A stretch of 64,000 nucleotides of DNA from Centroscyllium fabricii (taxonomy: Eukaryota), in contig JBNRSN020000011.1 in the NCBI GenBank assembly GCA_051313645.2, positions 75,764,001-75,828,000 on the forward strand, read 5' to 3'. This document shows, piece after piece, positions 1 to 10,887 of this stretch; positions within the stretch are counted from its first letter, which is position 1, and each line of letters begins with the position of its first letter. The notes beneath the pieces were generated by a model. The model was not told the origin of the DNA. It did not search any database and saw nothing but the letters and a program-made list of their open reading frames with translations. A program made the position numbers and the translations under genes.

Positions 1-262
1 CTGTCAATGTTTGCAGCACCGGATTGCTGTCAAGCACTGACAGATCAACAGTCAAAATAAAATACTGCATGGTCCCTTTAGGGTAACCGGCAGATGACGC
101 ATCATCAACTGACATCATCAGACCCACTTCTTGTTAATTGGTCGGTAGGCCCGCAGGGCAGGCTTAACAAGACCAATCAAGGGAAAATCCCGTCTGCAGA
201 GCGGAGGCAGGACCAGAAGCTGGAAACCAGCTGACCCGCCTCCATAATTAAATTTGAGACCC
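1..262 (-). mobile_element. End of a non-autonomous Harbinger-derived element, truncated by the window start
   Basis: Reverse complement aligns by eye with the left part of the Harbinger derivative at 47144-47420 (shared GGCTTAACAAG, ATGACGCAT, TCCCTTTA, GTCAAAATAAA blocks). It ends in a TIR-like AAATTTGAGACCC. Confidence 0.55.
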
Positions 263-1152
263 CTGTGTCACTTCTGGTGGGAAATACCATCTGTGGCCAC
301 AGATAATGGGGGAACCAGCACAAAAGCTCCCCACACAACTTTCCATCCCACCCACAGGAGTTAAGCTGGTGAACCAGTGTAACGCCAAAGGAAAACCGCC
401 CCCACATGCACCACCTTGTTCATGCAGAGTTGCTCACAGGTTGATCATCAGGAACAAAGTACACTAGACTGCAGAGAAGGAAACACATAAAATAAAATGC
501 TTCTGAGAGAGAAGACTTTGGCCATGCACAAAGGGGACATGTATTCAAACTTTATGTGGGAAAAATCGATACAGCCTACTTCAGGTTATATATACTTGGA
601 TCATCACTAATTAACATTGAACTCGCCCATAAAACCAGACTTCTTATGAACACCATTTCCTGTTTGCCACACAAAATTAGCCTTTATGATGCTGTGCCTT
701 AAATGCACCTCCCATATTTTCCCATAATAGTGAAACAGTTTCATAGCACAGAGCACAGCCGTTGAAGCAGGATCACCCTCCAACACGGACCCCTGGGCAA
801 GGGTGTCAATCCAGGAAATGGCCGGGCCTGGAACCCACTTGTCATTGTAGGAAAGAGTAGAGGCATCACTGATACATCAGGTCCCCATCCAGGGTCCGGC
901 CTGAGAATTACTGGCTTAGGGAATGTCCACACCACACATTAGTCTTGTAAAGGGCTTGTGCAAATTCCACCCATTACAAGGCCACATGGAAACTCACAGA
1001 AACAGCAGAGACCCAAAGTAACTTTGTGTTCCCTTATTTCCTTGGGATTCCACTGGTCTCCTATTGACGTCATGGTGGGAGACGGATAGAATCCTATAGA
1101 ATTTTGGGTGCCTTCAGCGGACTTTATACATATTGTTTTCATACCGATTTAC

Positions 1153-1259
1153 CTTAATGGTCCACAGTCCTGGTTCTGGATCCTTGACATTAACCACCCT
1201 GGCAGAGTTTGCAATGTGTAAGAGCTCATTCAGACCAGATCCTTTTTTTATCATCTTTC
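1153..1259 (-). CDS. hmcn1: Hemicentin-1 coding exon (107 bp), (G)KMIKKGSGLNELLHIANSARVVNVKDPEPGLWTIK
   Basis: On the minus strand there is an AG acceptor (1260-1261) and a GT donor (1151-1152). The phase-1 start joins the 172-bp exon at 30699-30870 to form GGA (Gly). The peptide matches the HMCN1 segment GKLIKKGFGLHELLNIHNSAKVVNVKEPEAGMWTVK as recalled. Confidence 0.92.
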
Positions 1260-1374
1260 CTACAAGCCAAAAGAAAAGAACAATGCTTAATCAATCAATG
1301 AAAAACTACCAATTGTTAAATTATTGCATTAAAACAAAGAACACAATTCTCCTAAAGATTTCAAAGAAAATGCC

Positions 1375-1654
1375 TGTGGTAAACCACTGTGTTGTATATA
1401 TATGTATCATATCTATAACCTGCTATGACCCTTTCTGTATGTATATAGTTCTCCCTGTATAGCTTGTCTGGGCATGCCCGTGCTGACTCCGCCTGTGGCT
1501 CCTCCCCACTGGGCCAGGTATAAAGGTGACTGTCTCCCTCCCCCCGATCATTCCGGGAGCAGTCGACTAGCTGGGGCATGCCCATGTCTTAGCGAATAAA
1601 AGCCTTTTATTCACCACATAACTTCTCGTCTCTGAGGTTATTGATAAGGTATCA
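1375..1654 (+). repeat. 5' LTR of element A
   Basis: Differs from 10608-10887 at 2 positions by eye; contains TATAAA and AATAAA. Confidence 0.96.
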
Positions 1655-1676
1655 ATTTTATTTGATAAATTTCATC

Positions 1677-3962
1677 ATGGAGCTAATGCTAAAACCAGCG
1701 ACATTAGAACTGGATCCCCAAACACCAGGCTGCTCTAATACGTTTACGCACTGGTTTAACTGCTTCGAGGCGTACCTCGAAGCCACCGCGTCTATCGTCC
1801 AGACGGGCAGAGACAAGCTGCGCCTTCTCAACTCCCGGGTGGGCCCCCAGGTATACTCAATAATCGCGGATGCCATGTCCTATACCGAGGCGGTCCAAAT
1901 CCTGAAGGCCGAATACAACCGGGCACCGAACATCGTCTATGCCAGACATCTCCTGGCCACCAGAAAGCAGCAACCCGGGGAATCGGGCGTGGAGTTCCTA
2001 CGAGCGCTGAGAGTCCTCTGCCGGGCCTGCAACTGTAAGTCACAGACGGCCTTGGTGCACTCCCAAAGCCTCATCAGGGACGCTTATGTCACCGGCCTCA
2101 GGTCAGACTACATCAGGCAGAGACTGTTGGAGCAGAATGGCCTGGACCTGCAGGCGACAATTGAACTGGCAAATTCGCTGGACTTAGCATCACATAATAT
2201 GGCCGCTTACTCCTCTGATCACGCGGGCACATCGCGGACGCCGCCATCTTGGACGCAGCCGGCCGCATTGCGACCAGCGGAGGAGATGACTGCGGCAACA
2301 ACCCCCAAAGGCCCAAAGTGCTATTTCTGCGGCCAGGCTCAGCACCCCAGGCGAAATTGCCCGGCAAGAGACGCGGCCTGCTCCAAGTGCGGAAAGAACG
2401 GCCACTATGCGAAGGTATGCAGGGCGGCGGCGCAATCGACTTCCAAACCTGACAGCGCCGCGTGTGGCCCGTGGGGGCAGCCATCTTGGACACAGCCATC
2501 TTCAACACAGGCCGCCGTGTGGGAGCAGACGCCATCTTGGACACAGCCATCTTCCACACAGCCCGCCGCATGGCGGCAGCCATCTTGGGACCAGGCCCCA
2601 GACCTCTCAACTGACTCGACCGACCCGATACTGGCCTCCATCACCCTCGACCAGAACAGGAGTCAGCCCCTCAGCAGATCGATGATGACAGTGCAGGTGA
2701 ACGGGAAAAGCGCGGACTGCCTTTTCGACAGTGGGAATACGGCGAGCTTCATTCACCCAGATACGGTAAAGCGCTTCTCCCTAACAGTCACTCCGGCTAG
2801 CCAGAAAATTTCGATGGCTTCTAAGTCCGAATCTGCAGACGTCTGCGGTCGCTGCGTAGTGACCCTGACAGTGCGGGTCGCGCACTTTCAAAATTTTAAA
2901 TTATTCGTGCTGCCGCAGCTCTGCGCTCCCTTACTGCTGGGCCTCGATTTTCAATGTCACCTCCAGAGCGTGACAATGGCGTACGGTGGGCCCCTTCCCC
3001 CGCTCACGGTCAGCAACCAGCGCTCCGCGCAGTACCCACAGCACGCTACCTGCGGTCTCTCGACCCTTAAGGTCGCCCCTCCCTCACTCTTCGCCAACCT
3101 CACCCCGGACTGCAAGCCCGTCGCCACCAAAAGTAGGCGCTACAGTACCAGGGACAAAGACTTTATTAAGTCTGAGGTGAAACGGCTCCTGAAGTAAGGG
3201 GTAATTGAGGCCAGTAATAGCCCCTGGAGGGCGCAGGTAGTAGTGGTAAAGACCGGAGCCAAGCACCGAATGGTCGTTGACTACAGTCAGACCATTAATC
3301 GGTTCACGCAGCTAGATGCGTATCCCCTTCCCCGCATAGCGGATATGGTGAACCAGATCGCCCAGTATCGGGTCTTCTCGACCATCGATCTGAAGTCTGC
3401 GTACCACCAGTTTCCCATCCGCCCAGAGGACTGCCACTATACTGCTTTCGAGGCAGATGGCCGCCTCTATCACTTCCTCAGGGTTCCGTTTGGTGTCACC
3501 AATGGGGTCTCGGTCTTCCAAAGGGAGATGGACCGAATGGTTGATCAGTATGGACTACGGGCCACCTTTCCGTATCTTGATAATGTTACCATCTGCGGCC
3601 ACGATCAGCAGGACCATGACACCAACCTCCAGAAATTTCTCCACACCGCCAAAAATCTGAACCTGACCTATAACACGGAAAAATGTGTGTTCAGGACAAC
3701 CCGCCTCGCCATCCTCGGCAGTGTTGTGGAGAATGGGGTCATCGGTCCCGACCTGGACCGCATGCGCCCCCTCCTGGAGCTCCCCTTCCCCCACTCCCTC
3801 AAGGCCCTGAAAAGATGCCTGGGGTTCTTTTCTTATAATGCCCAGTGGGTCCCCAACTATGCGGACAAGTCCCGCCCACTTATTAAATCAACCTCCTTTC
3901 CCCTGTCGGCAGAGGCCCGCACGGCCTTCTGCATCATAAAACAAGACATTGCAAAGGCCGCC
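1677..3962 (+). pseudogene. Element A gag-protease-RT (5' part of a single gag-pol frame)
   Basis: ATG at 1677; zinc knuckles CYFCGQAQHPRRNC and CSKCGKNGHYAKVC; protease LFDSG; in-frame TAA at 3195-3197; RT IDLKSAYHQ, PFGVTNG, YLDN; interrupted by element B. Confidence 0.92.
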
Positions 3963-4232
3963 TGTGGTGAACCATTTAGTGTAGTTCACACTGTGTTATT
4001 ATTGTATATAGTTTGTGCTAATAAAGTTGTTCCTTTCTGTAAGGACCTGGACCAGCTGACCCCGCCTCCGGGTATGAGTATAAAGGAGGATGCTCCACCC
4101 ACCTGACTCTCATTCCGGGCGGGACTCATCGCGGACCAGGTTTTGTTCTTAGCGAATAAAAGCCTTTGATTACGATTCACCAAAGACTGGCATAATTGAT
4201 TAGCGCATCAATTTTATTCGCTAAGATTTACA

Positions 4233-7200
4233 ATGGGTGATGAGCAAGGACAGAGCCAACAGCCAGCTGCACCAGACAACTGGAACTCGATCCTCAAGCC
4301 GAAGACTCTCGAGCTCAACCCCCAGGCACCGAACGCTTTGAAAAATTTCGAGCACTGGCTGAGCTGCTTCGAGTCGTTTCTGGTGGTGGCCGGAGTCAGC
4401 GATACGCACAGGAGACGGGTCCTGTTCTCCTGCGTCAGTGGCAGGGTCTATGCAATCATCCAGAACGCCACTGACTATGATGCAGCGTTGGAGCTGCTGA
4501 GGGCTCGGTACCTCCAGCCTGTCAACGCCGTCTACGCTCGCCATCTACTCGCCACGCGGAGGCAACAGCCTGGTGAGTCGAACAAGGAGTACCTGGAGGC
4601 TCTTCAGGCTCTCGCTCTGCGCTGCGAATGTGCACCCGTTAATGCCCAGGAGCACATGGACCTCCTCGTCTGCGATGCCTACGTGGCAGGAATCCGATCG
4701 GTCCCAGCGCGCACCCGCCTGCTCGAGCAGGATAATTTGTCCCTGAACCAGGCGGTGAAGCTCTCCAATGCGGTGGATGGGGCCCTCCGCAGCCTGGATT
4801 CGTACATGGGGCACGGCTCCCACACGGTTTCCCCAGGGCCTTGGGACTCGCGTTTAACACCCTCGACGGCAACCGTGGCGGCCACGGCGCCATCCGGACA
4901 GCTAGCGCCCCTGAAATGCCATTTTTGTGGCCAAAAACGCCACCCACGAAGCTCCTGCCCAGCGAAGTCGGCATCCTGCTCCAGGTGTGGTAAGAAGGGC
5001 CACTTTGCGAAGGTCTGCCGATCTGCCCCGGAATCTGCTAAGAAAACGGCAGCAGCCTGCGATCTCTACGCCACAGAGTGGCCTCAGGTACTTGGCGCCC
5101 CCCAACAGCGTTTTTCTAAGAAACTATTACGTATCTTGCCTCGGGTGCGGCCTGCCATCGCCATTTCCCGCATTCTGCCGTCTTCCTCTACAGTTAAAAT
5201 GTGGGCGCCGTCGCCATTTTTGGGGGCGCGGTCTTCTTTATGGTTGGAATGGCGCGAACGGGCGGCAGAGGCCCCACCCCATCACGTGACGCCGCCGTCT
5301 CCCCGTGTCACGTCAGCAGCGGTCCCCCCCCCATCACGTGACGACGACCGAACGGGCGGCAGAGGCCCCGCCCCATCACGTGACGCCGCCGTCTCCCCGC
5401 GTCACGGCATCAGCGGTCCCGCCCATCACGTGACGATGCCATCTTGGTGCAGGAAGGCCTGCATACCTACAGCGGAGGGCCCGACGCCATCTTTGTACAG
5501 GAAGATTTTTAAAGCACAGGCTGCTGCAGCAACTAGTAACTTTAAATCAACCTCAGTGGTCCTGGCAGCTGCAACAGACTACTCCAGACCGCTTCAGCAT
5601 CCGGGCGCTGCTGCTGCGCCGCGAGCCCTTCGGTCTTCCCGACGGCATTCTCGGAGACTCACCCACCGGTCCGAAACACCACCGCGGCCCAGCCGCGTAC
5701 GAATCACGGGCGCCGCCACCAACCGCGGACCCTGCATCGCACAAGGGCCCCAGCGCGCACACAACACTTGCCTCTACGGCCCCGAACCCGTCTCTTACTT
5801 TATCAACAACGACCACCCGGGTGGAGGGGCACCTCACCCGCTGTCTGTTCGACGCTGGGAGTACGGAGAGCTTTATACACCCTGATACAGTGCGCCGTTA
5901 TTCCCTCAGGGTTAGGCCCACGCATCGTAAAATCTCCCTCGCCTCCAAGTCCCAGACTGTGGACGTCATTGGCTGCTGTACAGTCACCATTACTGTGAAG
6001 GGGACGACATACCGCAACTTTCCACTGTACGTCCTCCCACAGCTCTGTGCCCCTGTGTTGCTTGGCCTGGATTTCCAGTGCCATCTGCAGAGCTTATCGA
6101 TGGCGTACGGTGGTCCCCTGCCTCCTCTCACGGTCAGCAGCGCGACTGCCCTTCCTCACAACCACACTCCTCTTGCGGTCTGTCGACCTTGAAGATAGAC
6201 CCCCCCTCGCTGTTCGCCAACCTTGACCCTGACTACAAGCCCATTGCAACCAAGAGTTGGCGATACAGCGCGGGGGACCGCATCTTTATTAAGGCAGAGG
6301 TTGCCCGGTTGTTGCGGGAGGGCATCATCGAGGCCAGTAACAGCCCGTGGCGGGCCCAGGTGGTAGTGGTTAAGTCGGGCAACAAACAGCGCATGGTCAT
6401 TGACTAAAGTCAGACCATTAACCGCTACACTGGGCTCGACGCTTATCCGCTTCCTAGGATAAATGATATGGTCAACCAGATTGCCCAGTATAAGGTCTTC
6501 TCCACCATCGACCTTAAGTCGGCCTATCACCAGCTCCCCATCAGAGCTGAGGACCGTAAATACACTGCCTTTGAGGCAAATGGGCGCCTTTTTCACTTCC
6601 TCCGGGTCCCCTTTGGGGTTACCAATGGAGTTTCAGTCTTCCAACGGGAGATGGACCGAATGGTTGACCAGTACCATTTGCAGGCCACATTCCCGTATTT
6701 GGACAATGTCACGATCTGCGACCATGATCAGCAAGATCACGATGCCAATTTGGACAGGTTTCTCCGTACGGCCCAGCGTCTGAACCTCACTTACAATGAG
6801 GATAAGTGTGTTTTCAACACTAACCGGTTGGCTATCCTCGGCTACGTAATTGAGAACGGGGTCCTCGGTCCTGATCCCGAATGTATGCGCCCCCTTCAGG
6901 AGCTGCCTCTGCTGCACTCCCCCAAATCTTCGAGGAGATGCCTGGGGTTTTTCTCGTATTATGCACAATGGGTTCCCCATTATGCTGATAAGGCCCGGCC
7001 TCTCCTCAGAGCTACCTCCTTCCCGCTCCCATTAGAGGCCCAAATTGCATTTTCACATATTAAGCAGGACATCATCAAGGCAACCATGCACGCTATTGAT
7101 GAGTCTCTCCCCTTCCAGGTCGAAAGCGACGCATCAGACTTTGCCCTGGCCGCCACCCTCAACCAGGCAGGCAGGCCCGTTGCTTTCTTCTCCCGTACCC

Positions 7201-8705
7201 TACAGGGCCCTGAAGTCCGCCACTCTTCAGTGGAAAAGGAGGCCCAAGCAATCGTGGAGGCAGTGCGCCACTGGCGCCACTATTTGGCCGGTAAGCGTTT
7301 TACCCTTCTTACTGACCAGCGGTCAGTAGCGTTTATGTTCCACCATAAACAGAAAGGTAAGATCAAGAATGACAAGATCCTCAGGTGGCGGATCGAACTC
7401 TCCGCCTTTGAGTACGACATTCTGTACCGGCCAGGGAAGCTTAATGATCACCCGGACGCCCTGTCCCGAGGATCGTGTGCCAGTGCCCAGTCGGGTAGTC
7501 TGAAGACCCTCCACGCTAATCTCTGCCACCCGGGGGTCACCAGGCTCGCTCACTTCGTCAAATCACGCAATCTCCCTTATTCCATTGCGGAGATCAAGGC
7601 GATGACGCAGGAGTGCCCTGTCTGTGCTGAGTGCAAGCCCCAGTTTTACAGGCCTGACAGGGCACACCTCATCAAGGCCACCCGCCCATTCGAGTGCCTG
7701 AGTGTGGACTTTAAAGGTCCCCTCCCCTCTACCAATCGTTACTCGTACATCCTCACTGTGGTCGACGAGTTCTCCCGTTTCCCTTTTGCATTCCCATGCT
7801 CAGATATGACGAGTGCAACAGTGATAAAGCATTTTATCACACTATTCGCCATTTTCGGCCTCCCCGGCTTCGTACACAGCGACCGGGGATCCTCTTTTAT
7901 GAGTGACGAACTGCATCACTTTCTGCTCGCGATGGGGGTTGCCTCGAGCAGAACGACCAGTTACAACCCCCGGGGGAATGGCCAGGTAGAGCGGTTTAAT
8001 GGGACCATCTGGAAGGCCATTTCTCTGGCCATTCGATCCAAAGGCCTTCCAACCTCCCACTGGCAGGAGGTCCTCCAGGATGCACTCCATGCTACTCGTT
8101 CCCTTTTGTGTACAGCTACCGGTTGCACTCCTCACGGGAGACTCTTCTCTTTCCACAGGAAATCGAATTCGGGGACGTCGCTGCCGACGTGGCTTACCAA
8201 CCCGGGGCCGGTCCTGCTTCGTAGACATGCCCGGGGGCACAAGATGGACCCTCTTGTTGAACATGTGCGCCTGCTGCATGCCAACCCTCAGTACGCTTAC
8301 GTGGAGTACCCAGACGGGCGTGAGCATACCGTCTCGATTAGAGACCTCGCGCCCGCTGGAGACGTTCACGGGGAGTTGTTGGCGGAGCCCTTGCCCTCCC
8401 AGGTCGCACTTCCACAATAGGGGCCTACTTTTCATTCACCGGCGCACATTACATCGGGGCCCTTGCCACCTACAATGCACGACGGAGTTCATCACGTTGC
8501 TCAACCTCCGGCGGCTGCTACACCTCCAGCAGATCTTCCTGCGTATGAACCTCCTCTTCCACCGGTGGAGTCCCGGTTCACTTCGGGAGCCCCGTCAGCA
8601 TCTTTTCCGATTGCGCCTACTCCCGCTTTTTCATGTGAATCGCCATTGCTTCGCAGGTCTTCTCGAACTGTTCGACCTCCTCAAAGACTGATAACGCAGT
8701 GCTGA
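4233..8705 (+). pseudogene. Element B gag-pol, with frameshifts around the protease and stops at 6405-6407 and 8418-8420; RT-RNaseH-IN open over 6468-8420
   Basis: Two CCHC knuckles, LFDAGS protease, RT YLDN, RNase H ESDAS, integrase HHCC (LHANLCH...CPVC) and D-D-E (SVDFKGP, SDRG, QVER). Confidence 0.93.
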
Positions 8706-8745
8706 TGTTCGCCCTGCGGGACTTTTTTTTTAAGGAAGGGGTGAA

Positions 8746-8993
8746 TGTGGTGAACCATTTAGTGTAGTTCACACTGTGTTATTATTGTATATAGTTTGTG
8801 CTAATAAAGTTGTTCCTTTCTGTAAGGACCTGGACCAGCTGACCCCGCCTCCGGGTATGAGTATAAAGGAGGATGCTCCACCCACCTGACTCTCATTCCG
8901 GGTGGGACTCATCGCGGACCAGGTCTTGTTCTTAGTGAATAAAAGCATTTGATTACGATTCACCAAAGACTGGCGTAATTGATTAGCGCATCA
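8746..8993 (+). repeat. 3' LTR of element B
   Basis: Differs from 3963-4210 at 5 positions by eye. Confidence 0.96.
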
Positions 8994-8998
8994 CCGCG

Positions 8999-10560
8999 AT
9001 GCACGCTGTGGACGAGTCTGTCCCGTTCCAGGTAGAGAGCGATGCGTCCGACTTTGCCCTGGCCGCCACCCTTAACCAGGCGGGCAGACCCATGGCCGCC
9101 TTCTCGTGCACCCTCCAGGGCCCCGAGACCCGACACTCTTCCGTTGAGAAGGAGGCCCAGGCCATTGTTGAAGCAGTGAGACACTGGAAGCACTACCTGG
9201 CCGGCAAACGATTTACCCTGCTGACTGACCAACGCTCAGTCGCTTTTATGTTCAACAACAAAGAGCGGGGTAAAATCAAGAACGACAAGATATTGAGGTG
9301 GAGAATTGAGCTCTCTGCTTTCAATTACGATATCTTGTACTGGCCCGGGAAATTCAATGAGCCCCCAGATGCCCTGTCCCACGGTACATGTGCCAGCGCA
9401 CAAGTGGACCATCTCCAGACTCTGCACAACGACCTCTGCCACCCGGGGGTCACCAGGTTCGTCCACTTTATCAAGTCCCGCAACCTCCCTTACTCCATTG
9501 AGGAGGTCAAGACCATGACCAAGAACTGCCGGGTCTGTGCAGAGTGCAAGCCGAACTTCTTTCGGCCGGACCGGGCACACCTGATCAAGGCCACCCGCCC
9601 CTTTGAGCGACTCAGCGTCGACTTTAAAGGGCCCCTCCCGTCCTCCAACCGCAACGTGTACTTTCTGAACATCATTGACGAGTACTCGCGGTTCCCCTTT
9701 GCCATCCCCTGCCATGACCTCCTCCACAGTCTTTAGGGCGCTGCACAGCATCTTCTCCCTGTTCGGGTAACCCAGCTACATCCATAGCGACCGGGGCACC
9801 TCTTTTATGAGCGAAGAGCTGCGTCAGTTTCTGCTCGCCAAGGGCATCGCCACGAGCAGGACTACCAGCTATAACCCCCGGGGGAACGGACAGGTGGAGA
9901 GGGAGAACGCCACCGTCTGGAAGGCCACCCGATTAGCCCTACGGTCTAAAGGCCTCCCGGTCTCCCGCTGGCAGGACGTCCTCCCCGAAGCGCTCCACTC
10001 CATTAGGTCACTCCTATGTACGGCCACTAACGCCACCCATCATGAGCGACTTTTTGCCTTCCCTAGGAAGTCGGCTTCAGGGACCTCGCTGCCGTCTTGG
10101 CTATCGTCCCCAGGACCCGTCCTGCTCCGGAAGCACGTGAGGGGCCATAAGTCGGACCCCCGGTCGAACGGGTCCACCTCCTGCACGCCAACCCCCAGTA
10201 CGCCTACGTGGCGTACCCTGACAGGAGGGAGGATACGGTGTCCATCAAGGACCTGGCACCCTCGGGTGCCCCCGAGATCAGTAGGACCCACCAGCCCGCA
10301 CCCCCCCGCCCACCGCCACCTTCGGGGCACCAGCATCACGGTACGCCCACCCAGCACCTGCAGGCAGCACGGTATGGCCCCCTAACCTACGCACCCGCCA
10401 GCCGGATGACGAATGGGAGAGCGCGCCTGTGACAGTTACCGCGAGGGGCCCCGCATCGGAGCAAGCACCATCGCCGACATCCCCACCACCGACTCCGCCG
10501 CCAACGGTGCGCCGCTCGACAAGGCAGACCAGGCCACCCGACAGACTGAACATTTAATGG
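8999..10560 (+). pseudogene. Element A RNase H-integrase (3' part of pol), frameshifted
   Basis: ESDASDFA, HHCC, SVDFKGPLPS, GQVERE; broken into ORFs 8999-9736, 9807-10385 and smaller pieces. Confidence 0.92.
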
Positions 10561-10607
10561 TTGCACAGCATTTACCCCGCCGGACTTTATTTTAAACAAG
10601 GGGTGAA

Positions 10608-10887
10608 TGTGGTAAACCACTGTGTTGTATATATATGTATCATATCTATAACCTGCTATGACCCTTTCTGTATGTATATAGTTCTCCCTGTATAGCTTGT
10701 CTGGGCATGCCCGTGCTGACTCCGCCTGTGGCTCCTCCCCCCTGGACCAGGTATAAAGGTGACTGTCTCCCTCCCCCCGATCATTCCGGGAGCAGTCGAC
10801 TAGCTGGGGCATGCCCATGTCTTAGCGAATAAAAGCCTTTTATTCACCACATAACTTCTCGTCTCTGAGGTTATTGATAAGGTATCA
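10608..10887 (+). repeat. 3' LTR of element A
   Basis: Near-identical to 1375-1654 and followed by TSD ATGCC. Confidence 0.96.

Larger units (their letters stand above)
3963..8993 (+). mobile_element. Gypsy LTR retrotransposon B (5031 bp) nested in the pol of element A
   Basis: 248-bp LTRs TGTGGT...CATCA at 3963-4210 and 8746-8993; TSD CCGCC/CCGCG; PPT AAGGAAGGGGTGAA. Removing B restores A's frame (AKAAMHAVDE). Confidence 0.96.
1375..10887 (+). mobile_element. Gypsy LTR retrotransposon A (about 4.5 kb once nested B is removed), full length, degenerate
   Basis: 280-bp LTRs TGTGGT...TATCA at 1375-1654 and 10608-10887; TSD ATGCC (1370-1374 / 10888-10892); PPT AAACAAGGGGTGAA before the 3' LTR; gag (two CCHC)-PR-RT-RNaseH-IN order. 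Confidence 0.96.

Noticed and set aside
3195-3197. In-frame TAA in element A as a programmed gag-pol read-through site
   Set aside because: It lies inside the RT N-terminus, and B has GAG (Glu) at the homologous codon, so it is a nonsense mutation.
4233-5885. 550-aa ORF as an unusually long Gag or novel protein
   Set aside because: The C-terminal half is low-complexity linker that ends out of frame with the protease; this is best explained by frameshift decay.
1375-10887. Endogenous retrovirus or env-bearing element
   Set aside because: There is no space or ORF for env between integrase and PPT; the domains are Gypsy-type.
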